Of a stretch of DNA of 32,000 nt, positions 25,062-32,000 are shown piece by piece (positions within the stretch are counted from its first letter, which is position 1; each line of letters opens with the position of its first letter). Source of the stretch: Sulfolobus acidocaldarius DSM 639 (GTDB lineage: Archaea > Thermoproteota > Thermoprotei_A > Sulfolobales > Sulfolobaceae); contig NC_007181.1 of NCBI RefSeq assembly GCF_000012285.1, positions 2,160,001-2,192,000 on the forward strand, read 5' to 3'. The notes beneath the pieces are model-generated. The model made no database searches, was not told where the DNA came from, and was given only the letters and a program-made list of their open reading frames with translations. The position numbers were made by a program, and so were the translations under genes.

Positions 25062-28000
25062 TCACATCACCATAACCACAAGAAGAACTATAACTATTAA
25101 AACTACGAAACCTGCTATGTAAAGCCCCACATAGTCCCTCAATACACCTGTATTTGTTTTACTTACAAGAACACCTCCAGCACCAACTAGGCTTCTTGGC
25201 AACTTAACATTAAGAGACATATCGACTAGACCATATTCGAACTTATTGTAAACACCTTGAGCGAATCTATAGCCTGAGTTACCTAACACGTCTAACGCAG
25301 GATTAATAAACCATCCATAATACAGAAAATCTACTAAAGGCTTTGCCACTCTACTGAAGTCAACTCCTCTCATGTAAATTACAAATGCTAAAATAAAGCC
25401 TAAAACTGCAGCAAGCAAAGAGGGCAGATCAAATCCACTGTAGATCAGCCCTAGATTTCCAAAGAATGGCTGTAGGAAGAAGTAATAAAGGACACCTAAG
25501 ACTATAGATGCCAAGGCTAATATGGAAGCGGCAGTAACCATAGTTAGACCTATATGACCTTCTTCATGAACATCCTCTCCCTTACCCCACAAAAACGTTT
25601 TTACTATGTATCTAACTATGTAGAATCCTCCTAAGAATTCAACTAAGATATAAAGATATATTAGCCCAGCATCACTAACTAGGTCGCCTATGGCATTATG
25701 AGCCCAGAAGCCCACTAAGGGAGGTATACTGGCTAAATTCAGTGCTCCTATTAATTGTAAAATAAAGATGGAAGGCAATCTCTTGTAAAGAGACCTGAAC
25801 ACTCCAGTATATCTGTTCTCTGTGAAGTGTATTACGCTACCTGCATTCATAAATAGCAATGCCTTGTAGGTTCCATGGGCTAACATCTGAACTAGTCCAA
25901 CTAGTATTCCAGCAGTTAAGTAAACTGAGTTGTTGAAGACAGAAGCAAGAAAGGCACCTGTTGAAGAAGATAGTATCATTAAGGATATCTGATCTGCTGT
26001 GGAGTAGGCTAAAATCACCTTTTGTTCATTCGATGCTAGAGCATTGGTGCTAGTGTAAATCGCAGTAAATAGTGAAACACCCATCATAATAGCTGATAAA
26101 AGTGTTGTTTGGGGACTGGGGTACACAAGGAAAGGATACAGGAAGAACGTTAATATGGCTCCTAAGTTTACCATTGTGGCTGCGTGTATAAGGGCACTAA
26201 CTGGAGTAGGACCTGTCATAGCTGTTAGAAGCCATTGAGTTAAGGGGAATTGAGCACTCTTTCCTATTCCTCCTATCATTATGAAGAAAAGTATAAGCCA
26301 AGCATAAGGTAAGGCGTACACGAGAGGTATAACTCTAAACACTCCATCAAATAATGCCATATTTCCAAAGTAAGGATTACCCAGAGAAGTTAAGAATAAT
26401 AAGTAGCCTAGACCTATTGCTAAGCCAACATCAGCAAGTCTGGTGAATATCATGGCTCTTATTCCACTGTTAGTGGGCGTAGACAAATACTCTATACCAA
26501 ATATACGTCTTCCAAAGTCGCCTACAACATTTCTCTCATTATCGTCTAACCAGTAACTGATTAATCCATAAGATGCCAGACTCGTGCCTTCCCAACCTGC
26601 TAAGAATAACAGTAAATTGTTTGAGTAAACAACTGAAAGCATAGATGTGACGAAGAACCCAAAGAAACCCCAATATCTCCTTAGCACATGATCCTCCTTC
26701 ATGTATCCTATACTATATAGAGCTATAAAGAATGATAGACCTGAAACAAAGACACCTAGAATAGCCTGAAGTAATGAAGAGCTAAATGAGAAGTAACTAA
26801 ATGTAGTGTAGGTTTCACTAGGGTAAAACAGGGGAGCGTGTATTGACCTTATTAGATTTAGGACAGCTAAAATCAAAGATATACCTATTAAACCTACTAC
26901 AATACCACCCCTAACATCTTGATTTAAGCTTTTGGGAGTTACTAGCGCAATTAATGAGCCTATAGCAGGAAGGAACGCCAAAATAAAGAAATAATATGAT
27001 GAAGATGCTAATACACTCCCTATCCCATAGAAATTATTCAGTGAATGTACAAGTAATTGAGGGAAAAAGAAGAAGACTACACTACAAAATGCCAATATCG
27101 CCATAGGAATAGTGTACTCTATAGCTGAATCCATGTTGACTTTAAACTCTTTGATACCACTGTAAACTTTCTTGAAAAGATAACCACCATACCCTGAGGA
27201 TATGCCAATGGCTATCATCAATAATGCAACTAACAAGACTAACCAGCCTAAACTAATTGTGCCTGCTAGCTGACCAACTGACAGTAAGAGAAGTATCTCA
27301 CTTACTAAACCTACAGATGGCGGTAAGCCTAAGATGTTTAAGAGACCTATAAATGAGAGCCCTGTATGTGCAGGTGAAATGAGATATAAGCCTCCTAATT
27401 TGTCTATATTTCTCTCTTCTAGTTCAGTTATTGCTGCTCCCGCACTGGCGAAAAGTATTGCCTTTCCAAAGCCATGAGATACATAAATCAAAATGGAAGC
27501 GATAACACCTAACGGTAAAGACAGAACGCTACTTTTTAAACCTACAAAGAAACCAACAGATGCGCCGAGTAACATATATCCCATTTGAGAGACACTAGAG
27601 TAAGCCAAAAACCTCTTGAAGTCTTTCTGAGCCATGGCATTTAATCCGCCATATATCATTGTAATTACAGCCCATCCAATGAAGATTGGCGCCAACCAGC
27701 TGAGTGAGGGGAATAGATAGAAGTAAATCATAACGGTAAATATACCTAAGCCTACCATGTTTGGACTCAGTAAAATGGAGATAGGAGTAGGAGCTTCACC
27801 GTGGGCATAAGGCAACCATATGTTGAATCCAGCTATAGCTCCTTTAACTAACATACCAATAACTCCGATAACGAAAATTAGCAACGAGTAATTGATTACG
27901 GAGTAATTGTTTAGTACACCATATGATGAATAAATATCCATAGTACCTGTGGTCAAACCTAGAACAACAATAGAAGTCAAAGTGAGTATTGTTCCTACAT

Positions 28001-28487
28001 GGGTCCATATGAAATACATCAGGCTTATTCTTCTCCTGTCTCCATAACCATACAACAGGATCAATAGGAATGAGGTTATTAGAGCTATTTCAAGGAATAT
28101 ATACAACTCTAGCAAGTTAATAGAAACTACAACGTAAAGCATTGAAATAGCAAAGAGAGAGTATAGGCCGTAATAAAGACCCCAGTTCTCCTTACCCATT
28201 TCATGGAACTTCTTCTGCATGTATCTTTGGGAATAATAGGCAGTCACTAGAGTCACTATTAGTATTGTTATCACGAAGCCAAGGTTGAGATCATTCACTG
28301 TGAACCCGAAGTTTCCTATGTTATTCTGAATGAATACCGAGTAGTATAAACCATATGATAGACCAAAATATATGTTTACACCTATTGATATTATAGACAG
28401 GATTCCTGCAAGGACTTTCTTATTGAAGAAGAAAGAAATTACCGCAATAAGAATAGAAAGAATGAAGATTATAAGGGGGGTGATCAT
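25062..28487 (-). CDS. nuoL: Fused NuoM-like (N-terminal ~500 aa) and NuoL-like (C-terminal ~600 aa) antiporter-like subunit
   Basis: Single 1141-aa ORF. The N-half has [16 protein letters not shown]...[42 protein letters not shown] and [14 protein letters not shown] (NuoM-like). The C-half has [49 protein letters not shown] and [13 protein letters not shown], plus a long C-terminal extension (NuoL-like). Confidence 0.85.
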   Translation of the reverse strand: MITPLIIFILSILIAVISFFFNKKVLAGILSIISIGVNIYFGLSYGLYYSVFIQNNIGNFGFTVNDLNLGFVITILIVTLVTAYYSQRYMQKKFHEMGKENWGLYYGLYSLFAISMLYVVVSINLLELYIFLEIALITSFLLILLYGYGDRRRISLMYFIWTHVGTILTLTSIVVLGLTTGTMDIYSSYGVLNNYSVINYSLLIFVIGVIGMLVKGAIAGFNIWLPYAHGEAPTPISILLSPNMVGLGIFTVMIYFYLFPSLSWLAPIFIGWAVITMIYGGLNAMAQKDFKRFLAYSSVSQMGYMLLGASVGFFVGLKSSVLSLPLGVIASILIYVSHGFGKAILFASAGAAITELEERNIDKLGGLYLISPAHTGLSFIGLLNILGLPPSVGLVSEILLLLSVGQLAGTISLGWLVLLVALLMIAIGISSGYGGYLFKKVYSGIKEFKVNMDSAIEYTIPMAILAFCSVVFFFFPQLLVHSLNNFYGIGSVLASSSYYFFILAFLPAIGSLIALVTPKSLNQDVRGGIVVGLIGISLILAVLNLIRSIHAPLFYPSETYTTFSYFSFSSSLLQAILGVFVSGLSFFIALYSIGYMKEDHVLRRYWGFFGFFVTSMLSVVYSNNLLLFLAGWEGTSLASYGLISYWLDDNERNVVGDFGRRIFGIEYLSTPTNSGIRAMIFTRLADVGLAIGLGYLLFLTSLGNPYFGNMALFDGVFRVIPLVYALPYAWLILFFIMIGGIGKSAQFPLTQWLLTAMTGPTPVSALIHAATMVNLGAILTFFLYPFLVYPSPQTTLLSAIMMGVSLFTAIYTSTNALASNEQKVILAYSTADQISLMILSSSTGAFLASVFNNSVYLTAGILVGLVQMLAHGTYKALLFMNAGSVIHFTENRYTGVFRSLYKRLPSIFILQLIGALNLASIPPLVGFWAHNAIGDLVSDAGLIYLYILVEFLGGFYIVRYIVKTFLWGKGEDVHEEGHIGLTMVTAASILALASIVLGVLYYFFLQPFFGNLGLIYSGFDLPSLLAAVLGFILAFVIYMRGVDFSRVAKPLVDFLYYGWFINPALDVLGNSGYRFAQGVYNKFEYGLVDMSLNVKLPRSLVGAGGVLVSKTNTGVLRDYVGLYIAGFVVLIVIVLLVVMVM

Positions 28488-28489
28488 TT

Positions 28490-28774
28490 TTACTCCACCT
28501 CGAGAGAACCTTTATTCTTGTAATAGAGGAAGATCGCAGCGAATGCAACCACTATTTCCACTAAAGCCATTCCAATCGCAAAAAGGGAAAAATAAATTGG
28601 TAAATAGACTTGATTAGTTAATGAGGATACGGAAAAAACAATTAAGATTGAGGCATTTACAAGTATTTCTGATGACAGAAATATTCTTACTATATTTTTA
28701 CTATTTAGAAAACCATAAACTGAAATACCGATTAGAACTACTGAAACCATTAAACCAATATAACCGAACTCCAT
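28490..28774 (-). CDS. nuoK: Complex I subunit K
   Basis: 94-aa ORF with three TM helices, in the J-K-L position. The start overlaps the nuoJ stop by 1 nt. Confidence 0.8.
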   Translation of the reverse strand: MEFGYIGLMVSVVLIGISVYGFLNSKNIVRIFLSSEILVNASILIVFSVSSLTNQVYLPIYFSLFAIGMALVEIVVAFAAIFLYYKNKGSLEVE

Positions 28775-29280
28775 TACTTACCACCTCTAGCTAAAGACAA
28801 GGCTTCAATAAGTGTAGTTGCAAGAGCTATAACTAAAATTAGAATCGGGAACCAATAGTCTGAGAGAAGTGTGTTAGCGAATGTACTTAGAGTAAACACT
28901 TGAGCTTGTAAAGGTGTAGGTGTGTTTTCTACAAAGGTTAGGATAAATGCAAAGAAGACAACCAATGCAGTTATGAAACCTAATATACTAGCCCAAGCAA
29001 CTCTCCTTTCCTTTACTTCTAAACCTCTAAATACAACTAACGACACTGAAAGGAAAACTATTGCTGAGCCTACATAAAGTATCAGGTGAAGAGCTGAGTA
29101 AAATGAATAGGCTATTGGATTAAGTAACGCTATAATAACTGCTACCGATACTCCTAGCAGTCCCAAAGCTACAGCTGAATAGAACACATTCTTCTGTCTA
29201 ACAATTAGTAATGAAGACGCTATTGCGAAGACTGAAAAAAGTAATAGAAATGCCAGCTGAAAATCACTCGTCAGGGACAT
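28774..29280 (-). CDS. nuoJ: Complex I subunit J
   Basis: 168-aa hydrophobic ORF between nuoI and nuoK. Size and TM pattern are typical of NuoJ. Confidence 0.8.
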   Translation of the reverse strand: MSLTSDFQLAFLLLFSVFAIASSLLIVRQKNVFYSAVALGLLGVSVAVIIALLNPIAYSFYSALHLILYVGSAIVFLSVSLVVFRGLEVKERRVAWASILGFITALVVFFAFILTFVENTPTPLQAQVFTLSTFANTLLSDYWFPILILVIALATTLIEALSLARGGK

Positions 29281-29761
29281 ATTTTATACCCTTATTCTCA
29301 TCTATTATAGGTTTAACTCTTCTAACTACCTTTTCTGCTGGTGGTTCATCATAAGCCTGGTCAAATTTGTCTGGTCTGAATACCAGATCTCTCCTATTTG
29401 TGAATATGGTGTCATGAACCCTAGTCTCCCTTAAAGCGTCTACAGGACATACATCCACACAGAAACCACAGAAGACACACCTACCATAGTTAATTACTGG
29501 TAACTTCTTTCCTGCTTCAGTAGTCATTTTCATTGCGTCTGCAGGACATATAAGAGCACACAGAGTACAACCAATACATATATCCTTGTAGAGCCTTATC
29601 ATTCCCCTATATCCAGTTGGAAGGCTTATAGCCTCCTCAGGATACTTTAAGGTAATCCTTTGTGGTCTAACAGCATACTTTAATCCAGTGCCTACTGCTT
29701 GTAAATGGTCTACAAATGCCTTTAATGGATTATCTTTTTTATATTCTTTCACCTGATCCAT
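29264..29761 (-). CDS. nuoI: Complex I subunit I (2x[4Fe-4S] ferredoxin-type)
   Basis: Two Cys motifs: [12 protein letters not shown] and [13 protein letters not shown] place the start at ATG 29761 (MDQVKEYKK...). The track's longer N-terminus (to 29824) lies inside nuoH and looks spurious. Confidence 0.9.
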   Translation of the reverse strand: MDQVKEYKKDNPLKAFVDHLQAVGTGLKYAVRPQRITLKYPEEAISLPTGYRGMIRLYKDICIGCTLCALICPADAMKMTTEAGKKLPVINYGRCVFCGFCVDVCPVDALRETRVHDTIFTNRRDLVFRPDKFDQAYDEPPAEKVVRRVKPIIDENKGIKYVPDE

Positions 29762-30807
29762 AAATAACCACCTACTATACCTAAAATTAAGGATGCAAAT
29801 GCGATTGGGAGAATATATTTCCAAGATATCTTAAGAGCCTGATCTATCCTGTATCTTCCATAAACACTCCTCAAAAATACCGAGAACCAAAGTACTATTA
29901 TTGATTTTATGGAAACCATGAGAGCACCTAGCAGACCTCCAAATGGTAACCAACCGTTTAGGAATAAGTTAGAGAAGATATATGAGAGAGCAAAGGTCTC
30001 TATATAACTTCCTCCCATTGATAATATGAAGAGAAAACCACTATATTCTGTGGCAGGACCTATAACTAACTCACTCTCAGCCTCTACAATCTCAAACGGA
30101 AACCTACCTGTTCCCATGATCATGCCGATAAAGAACACAAATGCAGCTAGTGGGTTAGCTATAGCGCCAGGAATTCCCGTCTCAACAACTTTAGCCATAT
30201 CCAAAGTGTGGTACTCAATAGCTATTGCCACAACAGATATAACAATTAACACATCATAGGAGACAGAAAGTAAAGCTTCTCTAACTGCTCCAACTATTGC
30301 AAACCTATTATTTGTAACCCAAGCCTGTAAAAGTATGAAGACTGGGACTATGGCTAGGATACCTAAAGCTAAAATCATGTTATAGTTTACAAAGAATCCC
30401 ACGAAAACTCCCTTTCCTATTGAAGGATCATAGAATGCATGGAAGTAAGAGGATAGAATTGAGCCTGATGCAGGTATTGCAGAGAATGGTATAACAGCCA
30501 ATGGTAATATTGAAAATACTAGAACAGCTATTGGGACTAGACCAAACAATACCGCGTTCACATCTCTGGGCACTATAATCTCTGAGAATGCTAGTCTTAT
30601 TGCATCAGCAACCAATTGTAAGATACCACCAACTCTTTTAGATACATATAGTGGACCAACTCTCATCTGCACAATTGCAGCAATCTTCCTCTCAAACCAA
30701 ATGGTGAGTAGTAAAATTATCACCGTAAATATCAATCCTGGGAATATTATAACTCCAAAAAATGAAGGGTAAAAGAAATAATATTGGAGAGCTTGTAACA
30801 GACTCAT
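29749..30807 (-). CDS. nuoH: Complex I subunit H
   Basis: 352-aa polytopic [22 protein letters not shown]...[12 protein letters not shown] is the NuoH N-terminal signature, and the [12 protein letters not shown] motif is present. Confidence 0.9.
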   Translation of the reverse strand: MSLLQALQYYFFYPSFFGVIIFPGLIFTVIILLLTIWFERKIAAIVQMRVGPLYVSKRVGGILQLVADAIRLAFSEIIVPRDVNAVLFGLVPIAVLVFSILPLAVIPFSAIPASGSILSSYFHAFYDPSIGKGVFVGFFVNYNMILALGILAIVPVFILLQAWVTNNRFAIVGAVREALLSVSYDVLIVISVVAIAIEYHTLDMAKVVETGIPGAIANPLAAFVFFIGMIMGTGRFPFEIVEAESELVIGPATEYSGFLFILSMGGSYIETFALSYIFSNLFLNGWLPFGGLLGALMVSIKSIIVLWFSVFLRSVYGRYRIDQALKISWKYILPIAFASLILGIVGGYLWIR

Positions 30808-32000
30808 TACCTATCAGCCTCCGGAGGGAAGTAGTCTAAACTACCATAAATCGCAACTAAATCGGCGTATCTAGCTCCTTTGCACAACTCTTTGAAAACA
30901 TAGATAAGCCTGTATGAAGGTGTAATCATCCTAAGCCTATAGGGCTTGGGAGAGCCATCACTTATGATATAGTAAGCTAATTCACCTCTTCCAGCTTCGA
31001 CTCTACTAATTGCCTCACCCTTAGGAGGTCTAAAAGAGGCGTAATAACCTGGAAATACCACTCTTCTCTGACCCTCCCACCATTTCTTAAGTCTAACAGG
31101 TGGAATTTGCTTAAAGAATCTATCGCTTAAAATGTTACCATCAGGTATCTGCTTAATAACCTGCTCTAATATCCTCATACTCTGCTCCATTTCTTCGAAC
31201 CTAACCAATGTCCTAGCATATGCATCTCCCTCCTTATACATTGGTATTTCAAAATCCACCTTATCATATGCGCCATAAGGCTCAATCTTCCTGACATCAT
31301 AGTATACTCCAGACGCTCTCAAGTTTGGTCCCACTGCTCCCCATTTTATCGCATTCTCCTTGCTCATCACACCGACATTCTCTAATCTAGCCCTAATATT
31401 AGGGTTGTTCACGAGAATCTTGTACCAGTCCTGTATTTTCTTCCTCTGATACACTATTGCCTTCTCTATCATTTCCTTTATAGCAGGGGTGAGATCTCTT
31501 CTCACACCACCAGGTATTATGTAAGAGTTTGTTACCCTAGCACCTGTAATAGCCTGGAGAATTTCAACCCATACCTCTCTATCTCCAAATCCCCACATGA
31601 AACCTGTTGAATGACCTAAGAATATTGCCAATATACCCATGCCGTAGAGGTGGCTAGCAATTCTATTCACTTCTGCTACCAAAGTCCTTAAATACTGTGC
31701 CCTCTCTGGAACGTCTACGTTTAATATTTTCTCAACAGCCATTATATATCCTAGATTCATATGTATAGAATCCAGTATGGCAGGTCTCTCTATCAAAGGT
31801 ATAAGGTGCATGTAGTTTCTGACTTCACTTAGCTTTTCCACAGACCTGTGGACATATCCCACATCTAAGTCAACATCTTCAATTATATCACCATTAAGTT
31901 TCACGTAAATCCTCATATGTCCGGATCCAGGATGCTGAGGTCCAACATTTAACTCTCCTTCTACAGGGATGATTTCTACTCCAAAAGATGGTTCAAGCTG
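30807..32000 (-). CDS. nuoD: Complex I subunit D (49-kDa / NiFe-hydrogenase large-subunit-like), 5' end beyond the window
   Basis: The reading frame stays open upstream of the track's Met to the window edge (…[25 protein letters not shown]…), which is the conserved NuoD N-terminal motif. It ends with FPPEADR. Partial at the right edge. Confidence 0.9.
   Translation of the reverse strand, partial: QLEPSFGVEIIPVEGELNVGPQHPGSGHMRIYVKLNGDIIEDVDLDVGYVHRSVEKLSEVRNYMHLIPLIERPAILDSIHMNLGYIMAVEKILNVDVPERAQYLRTLVAEVNRIASHLYGMGILAIFLGHSTGFMWGFGDREVWVEILQAITGARVTNSYIIPGGVRRDLTPAIKEMIEKAIVYQRKKIQDWYKILVNNPNIRARLENVGVMSKENAIKWGAVGPNLRASGVYYDVRKIEPYGAYDKVDFEIPMYKEGDAYARTLVRFEEMEQSMRILEQVIKQIPDGNILSDRFFKQIPPVRLKKWWEGQRRVVFPGYYASFRPPKGEAISRVEAGRGELAYYIISDGSPKPYRLRMITPSYRLIYVFKELCKGARYADLVAIYGSLDYFPPEADR

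Noticed and set aside
29762-29824. Longer N-terminus of NuoI ([21 protein letters not shown]...) given by the ORF track
   Set aside because: The extension lies inside the nuoH coding sequence. The conserved NuoI sequence begins at MDQVKEYKK (ATG 29761), which gives a typical short overlap.

Overview
AT-rich, gene-dense chromosomal segment that looks crenarchaeal and Sulfolobaceae-like. The lineage call is inference from content: tRNAs with introns at position 37/38, archaeal-type C/D box sRNA candidates, a class III signal-peptide pilin, a thermopsin-family protease, an 11-subunit-type nuo cluster, and frequent GTG/TTG starts with 1-4 nt gene junctions. Left to right: tRNA-Gly(UCC); an adhesive-type (Aap-like) type IV pilus locus with a CCG-domain membrane protein, a secretion ATPase, a polytopic platform protein and a divergent pilin; a 577-bp AT-rich spacer; a two-gene archaeal glutamate synthase; a CbiG-like gene plus a signal-less BtuF-like binding protein; a small membrane protein; citramalate synthase; a UbiA prenyltransferase; a minus-strand nfeD-orf96-tandem-GGCT operon ending in a C/D box sRNA candidate; a divergent thermopsin-like protease plus stomatin pair; a second C/D box sRNA candidate; a lone AAA+/wHTH/PD-(D/E)xK-like (DUF234-type) ATPase; tRNA-Asn(GUU); thiI; and inositol-3-phosphate synthase joined tightly to nuoD-H-I-J-K-(M::L fusion)-N. 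nuoD runs off the right edge. I found no CRISPR array, transposase or integrase. All protein calls rest on motif and architecture recognition from memory, since no database search was possible. The most checkable non-routine items are the two unannotated sRNA candidates, the NuoM::NuoL fusion, the duplicated degenerate barrel in GltB, the overlapping nfeD operon with a G6 tract, and the DUF234-type ATPase-nuclease with a palindrome over its start codon.
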